A stretch of DNA of 64,000 nucleotides from assembly GCA_963706025.1 (NCBI GenBank), contig CAVPLM010000003.1, positions 576,001-640,000 on the forward strand, in the 5' to 3' direction. The translations under genes and the position numbers were made by a program. Source of the stretch: an uncultured Actinomycetes bacterium. GTDB lineage: Bacteria > Actinomycetota > Thermoleophilia > RBG-16-64-13. How positions within the stretch are numbered: the first letter of the stretch is position 1; each line of letters begins with the position of its first letter. The notes below the pieces were generated by a model. The model made no database searches. It worked only from the letters and a program-made list of their open reading frames with translations, and was not told the origin of the DNA. Positions 27,822-37,831 of the stretch are shown piece by piece.

Positions 27822-30536
27822 GTGGAAGATAGCCGGCCCGACCCCGACAAGCTTCTGGAACAACTCCAGGCTGACGAATCCCGGCTCATTCGGGGTAGTC
27901 TCAAGATCTTCTTCGGCTACGTGGCAGGTGTGGGCAAGACCTATGCCATGCTGGACGCCGCCCAGCATCTGGCGGCGGCCGGAGTCGACGTGGTCGCCGG
28001 TTACGTCGAGCCACACGGACGGCCAGAGACGGAGGTGCTCCTCGAGGGACTGGAGGTGCTGCCACCGCTCGCGGTCGAATACCGAGGCCTTACGCTACTC
28101 GAGCTAGATCTCGACGCGGCCCTGGACCGGCATCCCCAGCTGCTTCTTGTGGATGAGCTGGCGCACACCAACGCCCCCGGCCTGAGACACGCCAAGCGGT
28201 GGCAGGACGTGCAGGAGTTGCTGGACGCCGGCATCAGCATATACACGACCCTGAACGTTCAACACCTTGAGAGCCTCAACGACATCATCTCCCAGATAAC
28301 CGGCGTGCAAGTGCGCGAGACGGTCCCTGACGCGATCTTCGATAACGCGGCCTCAGTAGAGGTCGTGGACTTGCCTCCAGGAGAGCTGGTCGAACGACTG
28401 CACCAGGGCAAGGTCTACATTCCGGCTCAGGCCGAGCGCGCTGCGAAGGGTTTCTTCACCCGCCCGAACTTGGGGGCTCTCCGGGAGATCACGCTGAGGC
28501 GCACTGCCGACCGGGTCCACGCCCATTTGGAAACGACCAGACTGGCCTCCGCAGGGCCCCGGCAGACCTGGGCTATCTCCGAGACCCTGCTCGTCTGCGT
28601 GGGTCCCAGCCCCACCTCGGCCAAGGTGATCCGCAGCTCCAAGCGGATGGCGGCTTCGCTCAATGCCCGTTGGATCGCAGTAGGCGTCGAGAGTTCGCGC
28701 ACGAGGGGCCCTGAAGACCCTCGCCAGCATCAGCTCATGAACAATATCCAGTTGGCTGAACGCCTGGGGGCGGAGACGGCGACCATCACCGGCGACGACA
28801 TCGCGGAAGAGATCGTCAGCTATGCCCGCTCTCAGAGCGTCACCAAGATCGTTATCGGCAAAACAGCCGAACCGCGGTGGAAGCGCCTCCTCCGCAGGAG
28901 CATCGTGGACGACCTGCTGAAGAAGAGCGGCGACATGGACATATACGTCGTCACCGGGGGACCGCAGCCGGAACAGATCGCTCCGGCCCGGCTTAGGCGT
29001 GCGGTGGCCTGGCAAGGTTACCTCTGGGCGGTGGTAGGGATCGTCATCGCCTCTTTTGTCGCCTGGGCGTTCCAGGACATCGGACTGGCCGAGGCCAACA
29101 AAGCCATTGTGTTCCTGCTGGCCATCGCTCTTGTCGCTGCCCGCTTCGGCCTGGGCCCGGGCATCATGGCCACAGTGCTGGGAGTGTTGGCGTTTGACTT
29201 CTTCTTCGTCCCCCCATATCTGACCTTCGCGGTGGATGACACGCAGTTTGCGATCACCTTCGCGGTCATGTTGGTGGTCGCGCTCATCATCAGCACGCTG
29301 GCAGCCCGATTGCGGCGGCAAATCCAAACCGCCCGCGCCCGCGAGCGGCGGCTGGAAGCGCTCTACCGCCTGAGCCGCGAATTGTTGGCAGTCTCCGGCA
29401 CCCATCAGCTTGCTGCAACGGCCCAGCGGGAAGTGTCGGGCATATTCGGCACCGAGGCGACGATCTACCTTCCCGATGGCGAGGGCAGACTGGAACCGGT
29501 CGTCTCCACCGCAAGAACTATGGCGGCTGATTCCCGCGAGCAGGCGGTAGCGACGTGGGCATTCGATCATGGCCAGCTGGCCGGCAACGGCACCGACACG
29601 TTGCCCGATGCTGCTGCTCTGCACGTGCCGATGGTCACGCCGAGAGGCACAGCTGGAATCCTGAGTGTCGATCAGCCGGAAGGTGAGCCTCTGCTCTCGC
29701 CGGAAAACCGGCAGCTGCTGGAAACACTTGCCACCCAGATCGGGACCGCGATAGAACGAGACGAACTGGCCGACGAAACACAGAGGGCCATGCTGCAGAT
29801 CGAGAGAGAACGTCTGCGAAGCTCGCTCCTCAGTTCTGTGTCTCACGATCTGCGGACTCCATTGGCGGTGATAGCCGGTGCAAGCAGCGCTCTTCTCGAA
29901 TTGGGCGAGTCGGCGGACTTGACACGGCGGACGGGGCTGCTGGAGGAAGTGGTCGAGGAGTCGAATCGTTTGGCCCGGCTGGTCGACAATCTACTCAGTA
30001 TGACCCGCCTTGATGCCGGGGCGATCGAAGTCGAAAAACAGTGGTTCCCCCTCGAGGATGTCATCGGCTCTGCGCTGGGGCGAATGCGCAAGGAGCTGAC
30101 CGGTCGAGTGGTGAGTAAAGATCTTGCCCCCGATCTGCCCCTCATACCTTTGGACGGCGTGCTCATCGAGCAGGTCCTGGTCAACCTCTTGGAGAACGCT
30201 CTCAAGTACAGCGGCGCCGGTCTACCGCTTCACATCAGCGCTCGGGTGGAGAACGAGGGAGTGGTAGTCCGTGTGAGCGACAAAGGACCCGGCCTGGCTA
30301 AGGGCGAAGAGGAACACGTTTTTGAGAAGCTGTTCCGTGGCTCCGCATCGGCTGCCTCGGGTGAAAGAGGGGCTGGGTTGGGTCTAGCGATAGCCCGGGC
30401 CATTGTCAGTGCTCACGGCGGACGGATCTGGGCAGAGAACCGTCCCGGCGGCGGAGCGTCCTTCGGCTTCCTTCTCCCCCTGGGAGAGTCGCCACCCGAT
30501 CTCAGCGTGATCGAACAGGAGGGAGCGCAGGCGTGA
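27822..30536 (+). CDS. kdpD: sensor histidine kinase KdpD
   Basis: GVGKTYAML, DELAHTN, USP domain, 4 TM helices, GAF, SHDLRTPL, GLGLAI motifs. Confidence 0.97.
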   Translation: MEDSRPDPDKLLEQLQADESRLIRGSLKIFFGYVAGVGKTYAMLDAAQHLAAAGVDVVAGYVEPHGRPETEVLLEGLEVLPPLAVEYRGLTLLELDLDAALDRHPQLLLVDELAHTNAPGLRHAKRWQDVQELLDAGISIYTTLNVQHLESLNDIISQITGVQVRETVPDAIFDNAASVEVVDLPPGELVERLHQGKVYIPAQAERAAKGFFTRPNLGALREITLRRTADRVHAHLETTRLASAGPRQTWAISETLLVCVGPSPTSAKVIRSSKRMAASLNARWIAVGVESSRTRGPEDPRQHQLMNNIQLAERLGAETATITGDDIAEEIVSYARSQSVTKIVIGKTAEPRWKRLLRRSIVDDLLKKSGDMDIYVVTGGPQPEQIAPARLRRAVAWQGYLWAVVGIVIASFVAWAFQDIGLAEANKAIVFLLAIALVAARFGLGPGIMATVLGVLAFDFFFVPPYLTFAVDDTQFAITFAVMLVVALIISTLAARLRRQIQTARARERRLEALYRLSRELLAVSGTHQLAATAQREVSGIFGTEATIYLPDGEGRLEPVVSTARTMAADSREQAVATWAFDHGQLAGNGTDTLPDAAALHVPMVTPRGTAGILSVDQPEGEPLLSPENRQLLETLATQIGTAIERDELADETQRAMLQIERERLRSSLLSSVSHDLRTPLAVIAGASSALLELGESADLTRRTGLLEEVVEESNRLARLVDNLLSMTRLDAGAIEVEKQWFPLEDVIGSALGRMRKELTGRVVSKDLAPDLPLIPLDGVLIEQVLVNLLENALKYSGAGLPLHISARVENEGVVVRVSDKGPGLAKGEEEHVFEKLFRGSASAASGERGAGLGLAIARAIVSAHGGRIWAENRPGGGASFGFLLPLGESPPDLSVIEQEGAQA

Positions 30537-31249
30537 GCGGCGAGGAGTACGCAACGGCAACGCGCATCCTGGTCATCGAGGACGACAGTCCCATCCGGCG
30601 GTTCCTGGAAGCCGCCCTGACCAATGCCGGGTACGAAGTGGTTGAAGCCGAGACGGGGCGAATGGGACTGACCCACGTGCTCGCCCGTGTACCCGATCTC
30701 ATCGTCCTCGATCTCGGACTTCCCGATATGGATGGCATGGAGATCATCGCTCGGGTGCGCGAATGGTCGCAGGTCCCGATCATCATACTTTCGGCCCGAG
30801 GTCGCGAAGACGATAAGGTGGAGGCTCTCAATGCCGGGGCCGACGACTACCTGACCAAACCGTTCGGCGTGCCCGAGCTGCTGGCGCGCATCCGGGTCGC
30901 GCTGCGCCACGCTGCCCTCCTTGGGGCAGGCGGGCCGGGGACGCCGTCACGCTTTCAGGTGGGAGACCTCGTGGTCGACCTGGCCAGCCGGCGCGTATTC
31001 GTGAGAGAGGTCGAGGTCCACCTCACGCGACTCGAATACCGATTGCTCACCACCCTCGTCAAGAACGCAGGGAAGGTCCTCACCCACCGGTTTCTTCTCC
31101 AGGAGGTCTGGGGCCCGGGCTACATGGAGCAGACCCACTACCCCCGCATGTTCATCGCCAGCCTCAGGCGGAAGATCGAGGATGATCCGGCCGAGCCGCG
31201 CTACATTTTTACCGAACAGGGTGTGGGATATCGCCTGGTCGAAGACTGA
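30533..31249 (+). CDS. kdpE: response regulator KdpE
   Basis: REC domain (LDLGLPDMDG) + OmpR wHTH, directly after kdpD. Confidence 0.95.
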   Translation: MSGEEYATATRILVIEDDSPIRRFLEAALTNAGYEVVEAETGRMGLTHVLARVPDLIVLDLGLPDMDGMEIIARVREWSQVPIIILSARGREDDKVEALNAGADDYLTKPFGVPELLARIRVALRHAALLGAGGPGTPSRFQVGDLVVDLASRRVFVREVEVHLTRLEYRLLTTLVKNAGKVLTHRFLLQEVWGPGYMEQTHYPRMFIASLRRKIEDDPAEPRYIFTEQGVGYRLVED

Positions 31250-31338
31250 CGAACCCTGGGGCCTGCCGCCGGCCTCGCCTGTTTCCCTCGCGACCCGGAA
31301 GCTCCGCGGCGCTACTCCTCTCCGAGGCCGGCCCTCTC

Positions 31339-32211
31339 TCAGTCGTTCGCCAGCAGGTGCATCAGGGAAGAGGTATCCCAGCGCCCGCCGCCCCGCGCCT
31401 GCACCTGGGCGTAGAACTGGTCGATGAGGGCCGTGGCCGGCAGGCGGGCGCCGTTCTGGTTCGCCTCCTCGAGGATCATAAGGAGATCCTTGCGCATCCA
31501 GTCGACCGCGAAGCCGAAGCCGTCGAACTTCACCTCGTCCATCGCCTTCCAGCGGTTCTCCATCTGCCAGGATTGGGCCGCGCCCTTGGAAAGAACGCCG
31601 ATCACCTTCTCCATGTCCAGCCCCGCTCGCCTGCCGAAGTTGATCGCCTCCGCCAGTCCCTGCACCAGGCCGGCGATCGCGATCTGGTTGACCATCTTGG
31701 TGAGCTGCCCACTGCCCGCCGGGCCGATCAGCGTACACGCCTTGGCGTATAAGTCGAGCACCACCTTGGCCCTGGCGAAGGTCCCTTCGTCGCCGCCACA
31801 CATGATCCCGAGCCGGCCGTCGATCGCGCCGATCTGGCCGCCCGAGACCGGCGCGTCGATGAAGCCCATGCCCTTCTCCTTGCACGCCGCGTCGAGCTCC
31901 CGCGCGATGGTCGCCGAGGCCGTGGTGTGATCGACAAGGATGGCGCCCTCTTTCATGTCGGCCAGGGCGCCGTCGGCTCCGTATACCACCGAGCGGATGT
32001 CGTCGTCGTTACCTACGCACATCAGCACTAGGTCGCAATCCCCGGCCGCCTCGCGGGGGGTGGGGGCGGTCTTGCCGTCGTACTCCTTGGCCCACTGCGC
32101 GGACCTGGCGGCGGTGCGGTTGTAGACCGTCACGTCGTGGCCCCCCTTCAACAGGTGGCCTGCCATCGGGTAGCCCATCACACCCAAACCAAGAAATGCG
32201 AGTCTCGTCAT
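31339..32211 (-). CDS. beta-hydroxyacid dehydrogenase (3-hydroxyisobutyrate/tartronate semialdehyde reductase family)
   Basis: FLGLGVMG.PMA, DAPVSGG, GSGQLTKMVNQ, MRKDL motifs. Confidence 0.93.
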   Translation of the reverse strand: MTRLAFLGLGVMGYPMAGHLLKGGHDVTVYNRTAARSAQWAKEYDGKTAPTPREAAGDCDLVLMCVGNDDDIRSVVYGADGALADMKEGAILVDHTTASATIARELDAACKEKGMGFIDAPVSGGQIGAIDGRLGIMCGGDEGTFARAKVVLDLYAKACTLIGPAGSGQLTKMVNQIAIAGLVQGLAEAINFGRRAGLDMEKVIGVLSKGAAQSWQMENRWKAMDEVKFDGFGFAVDWMRKDLLMILEEANQNGARLPATALIDQFYAQVQARGGGRWDTSSLMHLLAND

Positions 32212-32617
32212 CGTCTATCTCCCAACCTATTCTGTTGGAGTGGGGAAAGATCAATATTACAGCGCCGCCGTCGATACGCCCGCGTCAACTCGCGAAGCCG
32301 GCGATCACCACCAACGAGGGAAGGACCGCAAGCAAGACGGTCGCGACGGCTGTTTGACGGGCCAACCGGCCCACTTCGCGTCGACGATCGGGAAGCGCAC
32401 CGAAACTGTGCGCTCGACACTCGGAAAACAGGCAAAAAGGGAAGAATCCGGCCGCGCGTGATAAAGTGACTGCTTTAGAAGGCATGTCATCCGTGCTTTC
32501 GCGAGCCAGCCGTCTTCTGCCACTTTCCATCGCGGGTCGATACGAACCCGGAAGAATCACATCACTCCTAGGGTGGGATGTCCCACCTACTCGAACGAAA
32601 GAAGAGGGAGACCGCCA

Positions 32618-32890
32618 GTGAGGAGCAAGAAGGAGGTGCGCTATGTCGTCTCCCGTCTCAAGGACCCCGACGATCTGGAAGGCGAGCGCGAGGCGATCGG
32701 CTGCCACCCCTACCTAGATCTTGCCAAGAAACACGCCGACCGTCTCGGTCCCGGCACCTGTGTCGATGCGGAAGGGGGCACCTACTACTTCGATGGCCCC
32801 TATAGGCGGCGCGAGCAATGGCAAGTGGAGTGGACCAACCGCAACCTCTATCAGGGTAGGAAGGCGAGAAGCCCAGCACCTGAGGTCTAG
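32618..32890 (+). CDS. small hypothetical protein
   Basis: GTG after GAGGGAG; high-GC3 coding-like frame; no family recognised. Confidence 0.45.
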   Translation: MRSKKEVRYVVSRLKDPDDLEGEREAIGCHPYLDLAKKHADRLGPGTCVDAEGGTYYFDGPYRRREQWQVEWTNRNLYQGRKARSPAPEV

Positions 32891-34383
32891 GATTGACGGA
32901 AGAACCAGGTCGCCGGCAATTTGACAGCCGCGACCAGCTGCCGCAGCCGCTGCGCGGCGGCCTCCCACATTTCGACTAGGGTTGCGTGAGACCCGATCAA
33001 AGGTTCGACCTCGTCCGTGCGCGCCCCTGCCTGCCACAACGCCTCGTAAACCCTCACATGCAGCCTCGAGTTCCTGCGGGAGGTGAGGTTGCTGGCCAGG
33101 CCTAATAGGGGATTGCGCCCGGCCAGCACGTTGCGGCTCAGCCGAGCGAGGATATTCGGGACGGAGTAGAAGGTGCTGTTGCACTCGCTCATCTCCCGGA
33201 TGATCCGGTCCACGCTCAGGTGTTTGTATCGAGCGACCGGGTAGTTGAGCGTGTAGTACTTCCAGTCCTCGGGGAAGGCGTCCAGGGCGATCCTTCCCTC
33301 CGCCTCCAGCTGCCTCCAAAGGCGGGTCCCGGGTAGCGGGGTAAGGAACAGCACGTTTATGTTGTCCACCCCGTACCGGCCGGCCGCCTCGGCGATCAAC
33401 TTACCTACTCCGGGGCGATCGGAGTCCAATCCCATGATGAACGAGCCGACCACCAGAATGTTGTGGCGATGGATACGTTCTACCGAGGCGGGGATATTGC
33501 GCCCCGACAGCATGGCCGATTTCCTGCCCAACTCGGGAAGGCCCTCGGGTGTCACGGATTCGAATCCTATGAACAGGCCCGCGCAGCCGGCTTTCTCGGC
33601 CAAATGCAGTAGCTCTTCGTCATCGGCGATGTTGACGGTGGTCTGGCCGACCCAGCGCTTGCCGGTATCGGCCTCGGCCAGGGCCCGGAAGAGCTCTTTC
33701 GCGCGCTCGATATGCTGCGGCTTACGACCGATGAGGTTGTCGTCGACGATGAGCACCCGAGCCTCGGGGATAGACTTGAACTCCTCAACGACCTCGGCGA
33801 CCGGCCGTTGGCGATAGCGGGCCCCGTTGAACTCCGTGACGCTGCAGAAGGTGCAATTGAGCGAGCAGCCCCGGGTAGTCTGGATGGAGCCGAACGCGTA
33901 TCCATCGGGGAGGAGGTCGTGGCGGGCGGGGACGATCTGGTCCATGGCCGCCCGGCCGCCGTCATAGCGGGCTTTCAGACTGCCGGTCCGCACGTCTTCG
34001 AGCACATCCGCCCATACCGGTTCCGCCTCTCCCGTCACCAATGAGTCCACGTACCGACTCGCTTCCGCCCGGCACATCGTCGCGTGGATGCCGCCCATGA
34101 CCGTGGGAACGCCCCGGGCTCGAAACCATCCGGCTACTTCATAGGCCCTGGGCGCCTGAGAGGTGAAGGCGGTGATACCGACAACATCCGGCAGCGGCAG
34201 GGCGTCGTAATCGACCGGAGCGAGGTTCTCGTCGAGGATGGAGATCTCCCAATCGGTCGGGGTCAGACCGGCGAGCACCAGAAGGCCGAGCGGCTTCCAA
34301 AGCCTGAAGCGGTTCCAGTAGCTGCCTCGGTTGAAGGACATGCTGACGAGCGGGTTCGACGGGTTGATCAGGTACAGAAGCAT
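32887..34383 (-). CDS. cobalamin-binding radical SAM protein
   Basis: PLGL..LA, GG.HAT, GEAE B12-binding domain; TRGCSLNCTFC (CxxxCxxC); DDN, IGFES, TPLPGT motifs. Confidence 0.92.
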   Translation of the reverse strand: MLLYLINPSNPLVSMSFNRGSYWNRFRLWKPLGLLVLAGLTPTDWEISILDENLAPVDYDALPLPDVVGITAFTSQAPRAYEVAGWFRARGVPTVMGGIHATMCRAEASRYVDSLVTGEAEPVWADVLEDVRTGSLKARYDGGRAAMDQIVPARHDLLPDGYAFGSIQTTRGCSLNCTFCSVTEFNGARYRQRPVAEVVEEFKSIPEARVLIVDDNLIGRKPQHIERAKELFRALAEADTGKRWVGQTTVNIADDEELLHLAEKAGCAGLFIGFESVTPEGLPELGRKSAMLSGRNIPASVERIHRHNILVVGSFIMGLDSDRPGVGKLIAEAAGRYGVDNINVLFLTPLPGTRLWRQLEAEGRIALDAFPEDWKYYTLNYPVARYKHLSVDRIIREMSECNSTFYSVPNILARLSRNVLAGRNPLLGLASNLTSRRNSRLHVRVYEALWQAGARTDEVEPLIGSHATLVEMWEAAAQRLRQLVAAVKLPATWFFRQS

Positions 34384-34541
34384 AGCGGCTCCAGGACGAA
34401 GATGACGGGCCGGCATCAACTTAGCGGCTCGTTTGCCTTGCGGCAATCGGCCGGTCGCGGATGATGGTCAAGTGGGGCCTGAGAACTTGAATCCCCGAGT
34501 GCGCCCAGTCCTAAACCGACGTGGACCGACGTGGGGATACA

Positions 34542-34569
34542 GAAACGCCGGCCCGAAGGCCGGCGTTTC
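34542..34569 (-). terminator. intrinsic terminator after the RRM gene
   Basis: 12-bp stem GAAACGCCGGCC with a UUCG loop on the minus strand. Confidence 0.75.
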
Positions 34570-34593
34570 CTCAGTGCGCGTGTGAGGCGACTC

Positions 34594-34920
34594 TTACCAG
34601 CGGTTGCCGCTGTTGTAGCCGCTGCTGCCGCCGCCGTAGCCACCGCCGGAACGAGGGGCACGGGGCACCTGTTCTTTGGCCACATCGACCTTGAGGGCGC
34701 GACCGTCGAGCTGGGTGCCGTCCAGGGCGCCCTTGGCCTTCTGGGCTTCATCGGCCGAGCCCATCTCCACAAAACCGAAGCCCTTGGGGCGTCCGGAATC
34801 GCGATCGGTGATGAGATTGACCGAGGTCACCTCGCCGTGAGCTTCGAAAGCCGTCCTGATGCTGGCTTCGGAGGTCTCATAACTGAGATTGCCCACGTAC
34901 AGTTTTGCTGAATTTACCAC
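34594..34920 (-). CDS. RRM RNA-binding protein with Gly-rich tail
   Basis: KLYVGNL (RNP2), KGFGFVEM (RNP1), GGGYGGG tail; GTG start after GGAGG. Confidence 0.92.
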   Translation of the reverse strand: MVNSAKLYVGNLSYETSEASIRTAFEAHGEVTSVNLITDRDSGRPKGFGFVEMGSADEAQKAKGALDGTQLDGRALKVDVAKEQVPRAPRSGGGYGGGSSGYNSGNRW

Positions 34921-35096
34921 TACAGCCTCCATGAACGGAGTTACATTGCGACAAACGAGAGGGAAAGACTGGAGACTGGGCGAGGAGGTTCTGAAGCTCG
35001 GCGCTGCGCCTGGAGAAGATTCCTGTCGAATGCTTGCGTGAAGAGTAACACAACAACCCGTGGATGAAAAGGGCGCCGCACGACGGGCAGCCGCGG

Positions 35097-35837
35097 TCAG
35101 CTCGGGTGATCCTCGCCCGCCCGGGCTCCCCAGGTAGTCGTTGCGGACGTCTTGGGACACAAGCCCGTCCGTGACCTCGATGATGCGATCCGTCTGCTGG
35201 GCGATCGCCCGATCGTGAGTGACGATCACGAAGGTCGTGCCCATGTCGTTGTGTATCCGGCGGAACAGGTCGTAGACCATCGCTGAGTTCTTGGTGTCGA
35301 GGTTGCCGGTCGGCTCGTCGGCCAGCAGGATGTCGGGGGAGTTCATCAGCGCCCGTCCCGATGGCCACCCGCTGCTTCTGCCCTCCCGAGAGCTGTTCGG
35401 CGCTCTTGTCGGCGAGACCATCCAGTCCCAGGAAGGAGAGGATCTCGTCTGCTCGTTTGCGGGCGTTGCCCGCGCCCTTGATCGTCGCTTGCCGGCGCCC
35501 CGATCCAGGTGGGGAGGAGGAGGTTCTCCCTTACCGAGAACTCGGGCAGCAGATGGTGGAACTGAAAGACGAAGCCCAGATGCTCGTTCCGGAACGCGGC
35601 TCGCTCCTTCTTCCCCAACTTACCGACATCGGTTCCGAGCAGGTTCACAGTCCCCTCGGTGGGCCGGTCGAGCAGGCCGAGCAGGTTGAGCAGGGTCGAC
35701 TTCCCGCTGCCGGACTGCCCGATGATGGAGAGGAACTCCTTCTCCGCCACCCTGAAGGAGACCCCCCGCAGCGCCTGCGTCTTGACCGCGGTGCCGTATT
35801 CCTTGGTCACCTGGTCGATGCTGATGGTGTCAGGCAC
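35097..35837 (-). CDS. LolD/MacB-type ABC ATP-binding protein, frameshifted (3' end approximate)
   Basis: GQSGSGKST and GFVFQFHHLLPEF in one frame; LLADEPTGNLD and VTHD in another. Confidence 0.82.
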
Positions 35838-36981
35838 TCTGGATCACCTCAATCGGGTCGAGGCGCGCGGTCTTGCGGTACGGGATGATGGCCGAGATAA
35901 GGGCGATGGCTATCCCGATGGCTGCGGAGAAAAGGATGAAGCTCAGTTGAGGCTCGATGGGGAAGAGCCCCGTGTCTCCGCTACTGGCTATCAAACTGAA
36001 GGCTCCGATCAACCCCAGGCTGATCCCGATGCCGAGCGCCGTCCCGATCACTCCGAGGATGCCCGCCTGCCAGAGGAAGACCAGGCCGGTACGTCCATCG
36101 GCCATGCCCAGAGCCTTGAGGATGCCGATCTGCCGGGTCTTCTGGACCGCGGAGATGGCCAGAGTGGAGGCTATCCCCAACATGACGGCGATGATCACGA
36201 AGACCTGGATCATGTACGACGATGTGCTCTGGCTCTGCAGAGCGGTGAGCAGCTCGCTGTTCTTGGCCTGCCATTCGGTCACCTGGAGCTGCGGATACTT
36301 CGCCGCTACGTCGGCCGCCACCTCGGGAGACGTGAAAACATCGTCGATCTGCGTCTCCACGGCACCCACCTCGTCGGTCGAACGGCCGAGCAGCCTGAGC
36401 TGGCGGCCTCCAGCCCCGCGAACACCGATTGCTGGTTGGCGGCCTGCGACCCCAGGTCGAAAACGCCTTCCAATCGCGCGTCGACGGTCGACCCATCGGC
36501 CAGCACCAACTTGACCGTGTCGCCCGGCGCGAGGGCGTACTGCTCGGCGAACTCCTTGCCTACCAGTATGCGGTCGCCGTCGAGGGTGACCTCTCCCGCG
36601 ACGATCTTCTCGGAGAGCTTGTAGATGGAGTCGATGTCTTCGTAAGTCCCGCCCTTGACCACGACCGGTGCGCTCGAACTCGCCCACGGGGACGAGGGCG
36701 GAGAGTATCTGTACCGGGGCGACGGCTGTGATCCGGGGGTCCGACTGTAGGTTCGCCCTGTCCTCGGCGGTGAACGTGAAGGCCGCTTCTCCGGCCGCCG
36801 GCTCCAGGGTGACGTGGGAACCCGACCCCACCGTGCTGTCCAGCAGGGAATCCTGGAGGCTGGTGATCAACGACCCCACGAAGATCTGGACCGCTATCCC
36901 CACCGCGATGCCGAAGATGATGAGGATCGATTGTGCCTTGCTGCGCCCCAAGAACCGCCAGGCGATCTTCAGCTCAAGCAT
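35830..36981 (-). CDS. FtsX/LolE-type ABC permease, frameshifted
   Basis: IAWRFL...GIAVG N-terminal TM; periplasmic domain spread over frames; KTRQIGILKALG and ARLDPIEVI motifs. Confidence 0.82.
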   Translation of the reverse strand: MLELKIAWRFLGRSKAQSILIIFGIAVGIAVQIFVGSLITSLQDSLLDSTVGSGSHVTLEPAAGEAAFTFTAEDRANLQSDPRITAVAPVQILSALVPVGEFERTGRGQGRDLRRHRLHLQALREDRRGRGHPRRRPHTGRQGVRRAVRPRAGRHGQVGAGRWVDRRRAIGRRFRPGVAGRQPAIGVRGAGGRQLRLLGRSTDEVGAVETQIDDVFTSPEVAADVAAKYPQLQVTEWQAKNSELLTALQSQSTSSYMIQVFVIIAVMLGIASTLAISAVQKTRQIGILKALGMADGRTGLVFLWQAGILGVIGTALGIGISLGLIGAFSLIASSGDTGLFPIEPQLSFILFSAAIGIAIALISAIIPYRKTARLDPIEVIQSA

Positions 36982-37702
36982 CGCCCGGCCCCTCCTCGCC
37001 ATTCGCGGCCGAACCATCGCCGGGCCGGGTGTGGGCGGGTCCCGTCCAGGCCGCCCGAGCCTGCGCGGCCAGTTCGTCCAGCAGCCCATCGACCGAATCG
37101 ACCGTGAACTCTTCCAAACCGGCGTCGGAATGAGCGAAGGCCGGCCCCCCGGCCACGATCCTTACTTCGGGCAGCAGCTCGCGCAACCTTCCGATGACCT
37201 CACGAAGGGCCGTCCTCTGGAAGTGGGTGGAGGCAGAGAGGCAGACCACGCTCGCGCTCTCGGAGCGGACACATCTCACCATCTCGTCAACGGGGGTCGC
37301 GGCGCCCACGTAGACAGTCCGGAAACCCCGCAGGTCGAAACGGTCGACCAGCATGCGTAGGCCCACGTCGTGCGTCTCCTCCGGCGGGCAGAAGAAGGCG
37401 ACCGTGACCGGGACGGCCTCGATCTGGGCCTTGCGTTCGAGGACCTTCGGGTAGAGGGCCTCGATGGCGGTGCGCACCGCGCCTACGATGAGGTGCTCCT
37501 CCCAGACTGCGGTCCGGCCTTCCTGCCAGCCCCGCCCGACCGACTCCAGGAAGGGCTCGAGCACGTGGGTGTAGAGATCCTCGATGGCCAGGCCGTCTTC
37601 GACGGCCCCCAGCACGACGCTCGCCGCACACTCCCGATCGTGGACCCGCAGGCACCTCTCCAGGCTTTCTTTGGTTTCGATCACCCTTTGTCGATCGGTC
37701 AC
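36974..37702 (-). CDS. stand-alone cobalamin-binding domain protein, CarH/AerR-like, no DNA-binding domain
   Basis: VGRGWQEGRTAVWEEH (W-x-EH four-helix bundle), ETHDVG (ExHxxG), LSAS, AGG motifs; AGGAGG RBS. Confidence 0.82.
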   Translation of the reverse strand: MTDRQRVIETKESLERCLRVHDRECAASVVLGAVEDGLAIEDLYTHVLEPFLESVGRGWQEGRTAVWEEHLIVGAVRTAIEALYPKVLERKAQIEAVPVTVAFFCPPEETHDVGLRMLVDRFDLRGFRTVYVGAATPVDEMVRCVRSESASVVCLSASTHFQRTALREVIGRLRELLPEVRIVAGGPAFAHSDAGLEEFTVDSVDGLLDELAAQARAAWTGPAHTRPGDGSAANGEEGPGDA

Positions 37703-37770
37703 GAGCCGGCTACCTCCTCGGGACATTACGCAGCTTGTCCGGCCAGGGAGAACCCCTGAGCCCCCGTCAG

Positions 37771-37797
37771 ATACCCGAGTTGTGGGATGATGCAAAC
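37771..37797 (-). promoter_or_regulatory. SigB/SigF-type stress promoter
   Basis: Minus strand reads GTTT-N17-GGGTAT about 70 bp upstream of the B12-domain gene. Confidence 0.5.
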
Positions 37798-37831
37798 ACG
37801 ATGGACCGGAATCTGTGGTCAGGGGGTAGAG

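Noticed and set aside
34594-35421. ORF-track fusion of an ABC ATPase C-terminus to an RRM domain
   Set aside because: The RRM has its own GGAGG + GTG start, the joining sequence looks non-coding, and the ATPase is frameshift-ridden; most likely a lost stop codon
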